Below are positions 53,692 through 64,000 of a DNA stretch of 64,000 nucleotides, piece after piece. The notes beneath the pieces were generated by a model. That model did no database searches. It had not been told where the DNA came from and worked only from the letters and a program-made list of their open reading frames with translations. Location of the stretch: NCBI GenBank assembly GCA_002633005.1, contig NMRA01000092.1, positions 777,116 to 841,115 on the forward strand. The letters are read 5' to 3'. This DNA is from Phoronis australis. Lineage: Eukaryota > Animalia > Phoronida. A program made the translations under genes and the position numbers. Position 1 is the stretch's first letter; each line of letters opens with the position of its first letter.

Positions 53692-53991
53692 AGCCCATAT
53701 TGCCCACCTGGCCTGCACACATCTCAGACAATTCAGGTGCCCTCCAGTCAGAATATCGGCCGATGGTGGCAAACTCAGACCATAACCCGGAGCGGCAGTC
53801 CAAACCAACGGCCAAATACACTATGCACTATGTCAACTCACTTCCGTTTGAACAATTTGTGGAGTTGTTTGGTGGCGTTGTCGATAACTGTTCTGTCTGC
53901 GCAGCTGCAACATGGAGTTTGCGGCCATTTTCAGATTCAACGGACTTGCACGACAAAATGATACGATTCGTGGACTCTCTTCCTTCCTACG
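53692..53991 (+). CDS. Linker + OHCU decarboxylase (URAD)-like domain, first half; probable exon 5 of gene A
   Basis: VNSLPFEQFVELFGGVVDNCSVCAAATWSLRPFSD...FVDSLP aligns by eye to URAD VNSMD..EFVDVFGN..E.CPLIAAAVWSQRPFSD; cgtttcag|AG acceptor, phase 1, with ACTAAT ~30 nt upstream; G|gttagt donor. Confidence 0.82.
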
Positions 53992-54368
53992 GTTAGTATT
54001 CTGAAATAAATAAAGACACTATACACTAAAAGCTGCAAAGGATTCAAAATTAGATTGGAACCTATGAGAAATTAATTTGGCCTACAGGATCACCCAAATG
54101 AATTTCTGAAAATAATTAAAATATCTGATGGTGAGGTGTCACATGCCTGTTGAAGCCAATAAAAATCCATAATCAATGAATACTCTTGGAATGAGATACG
54201 CGAACATAGCAACTTTTGTCGGTATTGGTAGACCATGGAACAATTTCAAATATCGTCCAGTACTCTGCAGAAAGTTGGTTTACTTATACCCCCAATGGAT
54301 GGCAATATAGTTAAATCGGTTACAGACAGAACGCGTTCCCTGGGAGAAACTAACTTTTGATTTACACC

Positions 54369-54902
54369 TGTCACGTTTTCCCCGGGTGTGGGTGAGCGCA
54401 GGTGGTTACCGACCGGTGGTAATAGCTTTCGGAGCGACGATAGACCGAGGACTGTCTCGAGTTAATCACTTTATTAATCTCGACCGTACGTTCACAAGCC
54501 TACTCAAACAAAACGTCCGACGTAATGTCTGTTTTATGCTCCAGCCAGTGCTGCGAAGCCTTGACTAGTGATAAACTTCTGAGACACTTTCAGCAACTCA
54601 ACTGTAACTGTAATTCTCTTTAACTTTAACGGATTTTTTCTTTTTAAGTTTAATTGATTTTCAACTAACTTTACTGACGGGTCACAAACCTGTGCGTGGG
54701 TATTTATAGTCACGTAGGCCTACAATATTCTAGAACCTTTCACCAATTTAACCACACATTCTAGAACTTTCCAGAATCAACCCAATCATTCTCCAAATAT
54801 ATACTAGGCTCTAGCATGTTCCAGATTACATTGATCACTTATATGCTAGAATCTTCTAGAATGTTCCAAACTATTCTTTGGTATACAAATGATATCATCA
54901 CA
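54369..54902 (-). mobile_element. Candidate solo LTR (534 bp)
   Basis: Minus strand begins TGTGATG and ends GTGACA; TTCTAGAA-rich U3-like part, then TATAAATA, then AATAAA; no clean TSD. Confidence 0.55.
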
Positions 54903-56247
54903 GTCCTGACCTCAGGGGTCATGCCAATCAATAACTATCTGCTAAAATACACACAGAACAATAGAACAGAATAATTAAACTAAGAACACTGTCAGTCCAC
55001 TCCTGACAAGACCATTTGATTTCAACTTGTCCCTTAGTCTGATGGTCTTGCAACTGATAGCTCGTTATATGTTCGGCCTACATTACAAACGAATTTTGTA
55101 GAGCCTAGCCTCATGTAATAAAGGTCTGCCAGATTTCGTCAAGTCCTCAAACAATTTGATTGTATTTTGACTAAGGAACTATTTGCGACCAGCTTCGTAA
55201 TTACGCTAGATGGTCTAAATCAATCTTTGACGAAAGGGGAGTTTACCCGGTTGAAGAGACACGCTGGGTTTTAAGGTCGAAAAACGCATTTTAGGAATTG
55301 TTGGACGGGATTGACTTTATGAAGATATTAGCTTTGAGCAGAGCTATAAAGTAACAAAATTCGTTACTATGTTTTTTCTAATTTTACATAGGCCTACTTT
55401 TCAGTAAAATTATCTCCCAATTAAGGCGTGGGGTTTTAGCTTCGTCAAGAGTTGAGTGTTTGGCAGTAATGAATATAACTTGCCCGCATTTTGAGAACCA
55501 GTTTTCCCCATTGAATAACATGCATCAAACTGCTATCAGTTCTCGTCGATAATGCCCCTTTAAATAAAATTCTTTCTGTCATTCGAATGTGTACGGCTGA
55601 ACACCAATGTCACTTTTTAGATGAAATAACGCCTAAAATAAGCGGTGTCGCAGTCAATAATAAGAGATAAATCTATATCTAAGATGACACTGTTAAACAC
55701 ACGTTGGGGTGTTATTGCAGCTATAAAGCCAACAAGGCTCTGCGTTCAAAGCAGAAGGTTTGCTATGCACTGGTCTGAAACTGTCGGGGCAACAGCATTC
55801 ATGTGTTTTAGCTGAAGTTTTCATTTCCGAATGGCCAATTCACATAAGTGTAAAAAACAACTATTTTACTGGTTTGGTTACAAAGCATTTGCCCGCAGGA
55901 AATGACTTCGTCTAGGTTTTTATAAGTTTTGGCATTCTAAGACTCACTTGGCCAACAAGTAATTGTAAGAAAGCAAGCGATTTTCCCTAGTAATGGGAAG
56001 TACTGTTTTTATATACAAAGATTTCTTCAAACGCAGGCTATGTATATTTAATTGACTTCATAAAACCATTGGATTGGGTGTTATTTTTCAAATATTGTAA
56101 AATAGTTTAAACCCGTTTAACACAGGTCTCTATTAAAAAGATTCATTCACTTAGTCACCTGATGCGTTCCCTGGCGTGAGAAACAGAAGCAAAAGATGAT
56201 GCTTGGTGAAGTTCGTAATTTAATTGTCTTTCTTTCGTTCGTCGCAG

Positions 56248-56552
56248 GGCAAGAGGGGATTCTACGTTTGTTCTCAGGACTGAAAGCGCTATCTCAGCCC
56301 CAGTTCCTGTGGAGTGAAAATGAGCGCCAGGCTTTACAGGAGAGAGATGCCAGATATAGGAGCCGGTTTAATTTCCCGCTCATCCTGGACAATTCTCCCC
56401 AGTCCGGTTTCCAATCGCTGCTCGACCAGGCCGACAGCCGAATGAGAGCCAGTCCTCAAGAGGAACTGAAGCGAAGCCTAGCGACCGTCAGGGCAATCAT
56501 AACCTCTCGAATATGCCAAATGATTGACGACAAGAACAATTTCAAAGCATGA
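56248..56552 (+). CDS. URAD-like domain, second half; probable last exon of gene A
   Basis: GQEGILR...ERQAL...YRSRFNFPLIL...SPQEELKRSLATVRAI..SRI; gtcgcag acceptor, phase 1; TGA at 56550-56552. Confidence 0.85.
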
Positions 56553-56823
56553 CCGTCCCTATACTACTAAGAACATATTTCCGTCATATGACAAAGAAAG
56601 AGAAAGTAGTAACCTCTAAGCAACGTTATTTTTGCTAAAGCACAACGGGCGTTGAACGTCAGCTAGGCCTACTTGCGTCAACTTTTCTAGTATTTTTATG
56701 AGCGCTGCCCCAGAAATCGCTTTCGCACTATATCCAGGTTCTCATTCCCTTTCATACACTCACTAGTAAGACCGAGCTCAGAGGAGTAGAGGACGCATTT
56801 GTGATATGCTTGTCTGCCAGTAA

Positions 56824-56884
56824 GGCCAGGATTCGATCCCGGGTCTCCGAAAAGGGAGCCCGGAGCTCTAACCAATGAGCCTCA
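56824..56884 (-). mobile_element. tRNA-derived SINE head
   Basis: Minus strand GGCTCATTGGTTAGAGC (A box/D arm) ... GGATCGAATCC (B-box-like). Confidence 0.55.
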
Positions 56885-57405
56885 ATGTTGTTTAGTCGGC
56901 GAGCAATGTTTGGGAGTGGCTTCGAAATCGAATAGAAAGTATGAGACAAGTTTAGTATGTGTCTTATAATCTAATTTAGAGAAAATAATTACCGTGCAAG
57001 ATGGTGTACTAGACGCCAGTTTAGACAATCACGTTTCCTTCAATGTTGGTACCGATCTGAAGAATTTGGTGTCAGTTAACAAAAACAGACACCACTTGGA
57101 AGAATGTGCTTGGGCCATCATTCAATACTCCTGACATATCAGTCGAGTTCTTGGCTACGGCTTATCAGGGCGCGGGATTGTGAAAACACTCCTCCTCCAT
57201 GTCCCAAAACAGTGACTGCAAACGAAAGCGTAAAGATGGCTTTACGATGAGCTTTGGCCATTTGCAATTTATATCAACGATATTAGGAGAACTACAAAAG
57301 CACGTGACTTGACAAAGTACAGGTGATGCTGTCGTCAACAATGAGCTGTTTTCTTATTCCTAACATCGGACTGCCAAGACACATAAACAAAACCACACCA
57401 GTTAT

Positions 57406-57573
57406 CACAGGCGGATTTAGGGGGGGGGGGGGGNCAGGGGGCCCGCCCTCCCCACCTTGGCTGCCGCAAAAATATAAAACAGCAAAAGCGTAGGGAAATG
57501 TTGAGTTTATTAATTAACCCGGTAATTAAAATTATGCGGCTGAAACAAGATTTAAATGTGGGCAGTTTTAGTG
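57406..57573. repeat. Second copy (inverted) of the repeat at 1-172
   Basis: Direct sequence similarity. Confidence 0.8.
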
Positions 57574-58997
57574 TCAAATTCGGAAAACGGCGCAATGTAT
57601 CCCAGGCGACCGGCAGTGACGCTGGGCACAACGACTCCGTTTCCGTCGTCTGCTCCACTGTGCAATGAAGAAAATCACTTCATTTTTTAAAGAAAATGGA
57701 ATCTGAATGATGATGAAAAAACAGAAGCTGCTGGTAAGATGTCAATTTTAATCGAAGCCTTAGTGAACCACTCAGAATCTCATAATTCTTTGTTTGCCAA
57801 ACCTTAACTTTAGACGATTTCCAAAGCAATCGCGTCATTATTGCCAACACAAAAAACGGATTTGGTCTTTTGGGCAATTGAAGACTATTTGAAATACAAC
57901 AAATTTGTTACGAGCCGATCGTACAAAATATAAAACATGTAATAAGCATTACAAAAGAAGGAGGTTTCGCGCGCAAACGCTGTGAACCATAAACAAGTTA
58001 GGCGTTAGATCGTGGTGGTGCATTGGTAAAGCACGCGCGCTTTATCCGCCTGGTCGTGAATTCGATTCTGTGGTACTTGCATTTTTTCCTGTTTGACACT
58101 TTCTAAGTGTTTTTTTTTTGCCTTTTTTCTTGGATAATACTTCGGGAATCAAGGAAAATGCTAGATTTTTAGAGGAAAAAATCAAAAATTTCCTGGGCGG
58201 GAGGGGGGCAAACTCCCCTCCCGACCTCCCCCCATTCGGTGCTATGCGCATCTACAATCGTGCTTTGAGCAATGATTCATCTTCTCGGGTGTTCTCACCC
58301 TCCCGTAAAAATGAAAGGAGTTCAGTATACATAGGCGGATTTGGGGGGGGGGGGGCGNATGAAGCGTGAGGAAATATTGAGTTTAGTAAGCAGGACCGGT
58401 AGCCGGGCCTCGGACGGAATCGTGTTCTCGTTTTTTATTTTTAGTCCACCAATTGATTTCCTGAACAAAAGGTCCACATCCCCGGCCCCCCCACAACTTT
58501 AGGACATACAGCCCCGCTTTGCCTAATCCCCCTCGAGGCAACATGTTGGGCCCCCTCGTTATGGTATCTTAGGTCCGCCACTGGTATTGCCATGCCCATA
58601 CCCGGGATTTGGGGTCCGCCTTAGCAAGACAAATTTAATTCATATTACATGTACTTTTTCAATTACCTCCGTAAAATCCTTTCAGTTTTCGCTGAAAATT
58701 AAAGATTGATATTGTAGTTACCGAGGAATCGGCAACTGAGTTGCAGACGATGTAATATTTAGCAATCGAAAATCCAGACAGAAGTGTTACATAATTAACA
58801 GTTTTGTACCAGACGGGTACGTTTGGGACCCGATTGCACGTTGAGTGTTATTTATACTGCTGCAACTGTATTACTTAACTAATTTGGGAAAAGCTGATGA
58901 TCAAACCGGCTACAGACGTCAAGTAGACATTGACCTACCTTTTGAACTTTCAGAGGGCACTGATTGAAGTAGTGCGGGAGGTGAACAATATCACATG

Positions 58998-59153
58998 CAG
59001 TGCTGTAGTGGTAAAATTAGAGGTAAGTAGGCGCCCAAAGCCAACCGTATCACCTTGCGCACTGAACGTAACTTACGGTGAGTAGGCGCTACGTTTAAAT
59101 GCCAAAAGGTGGTTGGCTGCGCCTACGTGCGCCTACACCCCACTACAGCACTG
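58998..59153 (-). mobile_element. hAT-type MITE, copy 3 (reverse orientation)
   Basis: CAGTGCTGTAGTG...CACTACAGCACTG; flanks atcacatg/atctcgtg (6/8). Confidence 0.88.
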
Positions 59154-60887
59154 ATCTCGTGGCCGCATGGCACTCGGCCCGGCACTCGGATTTGACGTGT
59201 GTGGGATAATATGTTATATTGTTGGGTTGTGAAGTAAGTTTCTTCTTTAACAAAATAACATTCAAATGCTTTTTTTAAGTTATTCAATGACATAAAATAA
59301 TGACTGTTTACGTCTTTTTAGCAAACTGTGTTGAAACCCCTTAAAAACAGATGAAGCGTTGCTAAGCCGTTGTTACGTAACCTTTACGCGAAAACGTTCA
59401 GAAACTCTTATCTGCGCATCATTGTCAAAGATACTATATCCCAAGGTAACTATAAAATCTTTGTCATTGTGGAACGGGCCTCGCAAGCGTCGTTGCCCGT
59501 TAGGACTTCACAAAACGAAAATGGCCGCGAGTTGAGAGATCTCACGGGAGTGTTTTAGGAATATATCCGTTGGATAGGTGAGAATAAATCAACAAGGCAA
59601 TGTGTGTGGAGTATCTGAGACATGTAAACAACATAAATAAACCTTGCGTGTAAATTCGTGGTGTTCAGATACAATGAATGACTGAGGTTGTCGAAGGCAT
59701 AGTTGCAATTATCAATACCGCGGGTTCACTAACTTTCAAACACTTTCAAATAGCGCGGAGTTATTTTTTCAACCCGCCATCATAGCAAAAGTATTAACCC
59801 ACATTCCAACCAAGAAGCGAACCTAAACTTTTTTTAGTTAAACCAGTCACAGCTATGAAATTGGTTCTTAACTTGTTCTTTAATCAGACGAGAAATTAGT
59901 CGTAGGTTTGCAAAGAACTGCCGGTTCGGTTATTCCTTGGGACCGTGCTCAGCGCAAAAATGGCCATCTGTGACAAACAAACTTTTAGAAGCAATAACTA
60001 ACTTCCAGTTGAAGCCCTGAAATCACCTCTAATTTGACTAAGGAACATTTTTTTGTTTCTGTGATGCCATGACGGGTTTATAGACCCTGCTATGAATTAG
60101 CTTACCGGAGTACCAACTCTCGGCTTGTCACCGATATCTTTATGCCAAACAACTACTGGAATCTGTGGTATCTGTTTTAATCAGCACAGATTTGTAAATG
60201 AAGCTTGAAGTGCCAATGGAGTGGCGTAATCCATGAACGGGGCATGTTTTCAGAAAAAACAGCCGAAGCTGTAGCCAATGCACCAAAGAAGACTAAATGT
60301 CGAAACAAAAGAAATAACAGATACCGGAATACATTTCAAGGTAAATTACCGATGGACACATTCACTATCTTGTCTAAAGTTCACTCACGTGACAAAAATG
60401 TAATTATTACTACATTTACTAGTTCCAATTTTCTTCTAACAAAATGAGAATGAAAAAATCAGTCTCTGAAGGAAAATTTCTCGAAATTCTGGAAATTTCA
60501 TGCCTGAAATCAAAGTGAATAATTTTACAGACGAGATTTGTAACCGTTCTGGATTATTTTCAACAACAGCTCCAGTCAATTCATAATATAATGTTAGTGG
60601 ACAACTCGAATATTATCGCAAGCGCAGTGGTATCGTGGGGGCGATAATTCCGGGAACCGCAGACAAAGTAACTGAAGCCATATGTTCAGGCAACCAGCGC
60701 GAAACTGACCCCGCCTCTCAAGAGGTCATAATTCCTTGCTCGGATTACATCAGTCCACCATCTTGAAATTTCCAGTGGCAGACGTCTGACGTGGCCACGT
60801 ACTGGATAATTTTAGGGAACACAAAGAGTAGCACTGCGACTTGGGACCCTCAACTCTTCTGAACAGCGGACTTCCGAACCTGCGGAC

Positions 60888-61160
60888 ATGGCCATCAAAT
60901 TGTTGTGCCTCGCCATCGCGGCGACTTGTTGGTTGTTCAGTGTTGTCAGCTCACAAAGGTTCCCAGCCGACTGTCCAAAGTGTAGAGCCGATCTCTGTCC
61001 GCCGATCAAGGAGGACTCGTGTGGGGCAGGAATGACATTGGACAAGTGTGGTTGTTGTAATGTGTGTGCCCGTGGCCACGGGGAGCTGTGTACTCACCCC
61101 AAGGTCAAGTCCAGTTTCCACTACGGCCAATGTGGTGCTGGGCTGGAGTGCAGAGTGAGG
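60888..61160 (+). CDS. IGFBP7/KAZALD1-like gene B, exon 1 (signal peptide + IGFBP N-domain)
   Basis: Leader peptide; DKCGCCNVCARGHGELC...YGQCGAGLEC; AGG|gtaagt donor. Confidence 0.93.
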
Positions 61161-62264
61161 GTAAGTAAAGACGGTGTGTTGATGCTTTTTGCTAACTAAC
61201 TTGGCGTATTGCTCGATATCAAGATCACGCGCCATAAACTAATTAAAAAATAGAATTAACAATTCCTGAAGTTCATTGCGTAGCGTGGTTTATATTTGGT
61301 GGAGACCTTTGGTACAAGGATCACCCCTCACCAGGTGTTTAGTATTTTACAATGTCATGTCCTGGCTGTGTACAATAGTCAGTCGTTTCTGTGTGATATT
61401 GTGGCCGCAGTGTTTTTGAAGAAATACCACTGAATTATGTTAATGTTTGGTTCGCAACTGAAGCCTGGGAAATGAATGAAATATGACTTCTGTCTTTAGC
61501 CAACTTACACACTGGCTCACTGTCACTGTTTGGATTTTTTATTTTCCTTTTAGTCAGCGAGACGGGCATTGTCTATATACGAGAGTGATTTAGTATCCAA
61601 TATAAGCAAATATACTATATCTATAAAATCTTTGATATAAGTGCACGACGCCATTTGCTGAAACACAGCATGCTGTCCCGGCATGCATGCCGCTTCGGAT
61701 AATTAATGCGACCTGTCTTTCTGTGATGTGTTTGTGTTCATTTGCTATGCGTAATCAGGGGTACGACGCCTGCCAGCATTCCGTTGTGAACGAAATTGTT
61801 TTTGTAATGGTCACTTCATCGTTTAAAGTCTATTCAGCATCATCTTCAACTCTATTTTTAGAGCGGATTTTTAAGCATTCTTTCATGCGGCGACTTTCAA
61901 GTCTCTATATAAAAACGTCAAAACGTTCTTAATTTGCTGGATCGAACTATGAATGGTCTATAAAGAATACTTGTGTTACTGATACTTCTGCGACTAGATT
62001 CGCCGGTGCAAATCCAATTTTTTGTTTTGACTGAAAATAGCTTCAAACTCCACGGAAATTGTGTTTTCTTGAAGGTATCTGGCACACGGCATTTCGTGAT
62101 GTCATTTTACGGGTTGCTGCCTCATTTTTATCAGAGAGCTAACTCGAGAATTGTGAACGTAAACAATCCTTGCATGTAAAAAAAGATAATCCATGGATGT
62201 GACCATAATTTTAAAATGAGTGGCAGAGAACAACACTGCATCTGTTGCTCTATTTTATTTTCAG

Positions 62265-62433
62265 ACTGACCTGCGGGACACCACCAAGCTAGAGTCAATC
62301 TGTTACTGCATGAAGGATGGTTTGGTGTGTGGCACCGACGGTAACACGTACCCCAACGTGTGTCAGCTGATGTATGCCTCCGTGGTTGGTGGAAAAGAGA
62401 TTAAAGTAGCGAAAAAAGGCATCTGCAAAAGTG
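62265..62433 (+). CDS. Gene B exon 2 (Kazal domain); gene continues beyond the window
   Basis: ttttcag acceptor; CYCMKDGLVCGTDGNTYPNVCQL...KGIC; G|gtaaga donor, phase 1. Confidence 0.92.
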
Positions 62434-64000
62434 GTAAGAGACCATTGTATAAGGGTCAACGCAGTGTTCAGACTGTTTCTGCCATCGACCCGGTACCAAT
62501 GTTTACGTCGAGGCTTTATCCGATGGTGAAATGAAGCCTCGAGTCTAACCTACAATGAAAATAGTAAACTTTTCTACAATACGTTTATTAATTATTATTT
62601 AATGTTTATTACGAAAACTATTATGTACAACCGTTGGAGTAAGCCCAGAAAGCGATAGGAAGCATTTTATCTGGGCGTAAAATAGTCTTAAATAGTCAAA
62701 CTACATTTTTCACAGATCAGGGGTCTTCTAATTTTAAATCACAAACAATTTTTATACACGTTTACGATTTTCAGTTCCTACGCCCATTATCACAAGGTTG
62801 TTTAGGCTAAATGGCCTCTGTGTTTAGTTTAGTTTAAAGCCCACGGTGTGTGGGCCTGGTGTTAAGTCTGTTTTTGCCACTGAGGTCAACTACACTTATC
62901 AGTTTTACTAAGCGAATACAAAACTGTTTTTGTTGTGGGTTTCTCTGGTGTGCGATATTCTTTAAATTATGACAAGAATTTCCTTAATTTTGCGCCCACG
63001 TTTTGTATGGATGGATGTTGATAGTTCCCAGCGTAGTTTCACAATACAAGAAATGTGAAACACTGCAATAATCCTAAAGAAACGGTGAAGGACGCTGAAC
63101 TTAAGAAAAACGAGTACTGTTACTTTGTACTGAAACAATGAAGATTGGGGTATCTTAGCAGGAACGAAACAGCACGAAATGTGTTTAAATTTGGGTCATG
63201 ATATGGCGGAAAACGTACTTTCGTTTCAATGACTGGAGCGTTCGCTGGCTGTCAGAAAGTGAGACAGTGACGTCACTCCGATGGACTGCTGGTAAAACAG
63301 CAAGATTCATAATTCGTCCACGATTATGGCAAACCCTTCAATCAAGGCTAGTTTTTTTAAACGGAAAATTATTAACTGACAATACTGTGGAATTTAGTAC
63401 TACCAGAATATGAACTGATGAATATAGACAAAGCCTTTTAGTATAGTATAGAGGATCTATTGTTCTGAAATTTCACCAGCCCGGTCTCTAGCACTTAACT
63501 CTGTGGCAAAATGAGCACGTGATTACAATTGTTGTTGACCGCTGAGCCACTTGAAGGAAGGAAATACGAAAACCTAGAAATTCGACACAGAATAAGTTGT
63601 TAAAATCCTTAGCTCATAATCAACCCACAGGAACGTCAAATGTCAAGTACAGTATTTCGACGTTTTAACAACTGCAGACTGTTCACAGACTCCGCGATGA
63701 AAAACGCTGGACCTTGTTACTGCATAAATAATACGGTATAATTGATCACCGATGGGTTTTGGGGTCACTGCACGAAAACGAAAACAGTGCGCGTACGTTC
63801 TAAAACACCATGGTTTAGTCCGAGTACAATGGACATTCATAAGTATGGTTTGACAAAATCGAAACGGATTTACAATTTTTAATAGATCTGTTTTTTGTTT
63901 TTCGTCGCCAGTTTCACTTTACATTAGTGCAGACGAAATCCTGGAATCCTGACCGGAACACGTAAATGATTTGCATGCAATACATACTCAATAGAATGTA

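Noticed and set aside
45898-58070. tRNA-like segments (45898, 56824, ~58010; also ~20022) as functional tRNA genes
   Set aside because: A/B boxes are present but I cannot fold complete cloverleaves; treated as SINE heads or pseudogenes (tRNAscan-SE would decide)

Overview
Eukaryotic, intron-containing, AT-rich genomic DNA, most likely from a bilaterian invertebrate (inferred from gene content; species not determinable). I could assemble four spliced host genes by hand: (1) a two-exon aminergic GPCR on the minus strand (8767->1568; D1-like dopamine/beta-octopamine-type ligand residues, NPxxY changed to NVFIY); (2) a ~10-exon SoxH/Sox30-type HMG-box gene (31219-40442) with a probable GC-AG intron and an assembly-duplicated HMG segment at an N; (3) an IGFBP7/KAZALD1-like secreted protein (IGFBP-Kazal-Ig) whose Ig exon splices in frame into two exons encoding an OHCU decarboxylase (URAD/PRHOXNB)-like domain that has lost its catalytic His and Glu motifs (43078-56552, ~450 aa); (4) the first two exons of a tandem IGFBP-Kazal paralog (from 60888). 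The putative IGFBP-Kazal-Ig::pseudo-URAD fusion is the most unusual feature. The rest is transposon-rich: a nest of Kolobok-type elements (TTAA TSDs, THAP transposase, KolX) in intron 2 of gene 3, a three-copy hAT-type MITE with 8-bp TSDs, other MITEs, a tyrosine-recombinase remnant, an RLE-type LINE remnant, a candidate solo LTR, tRNA-derived SINE heads and satellites. All gene models are manual predictions without transcript support.
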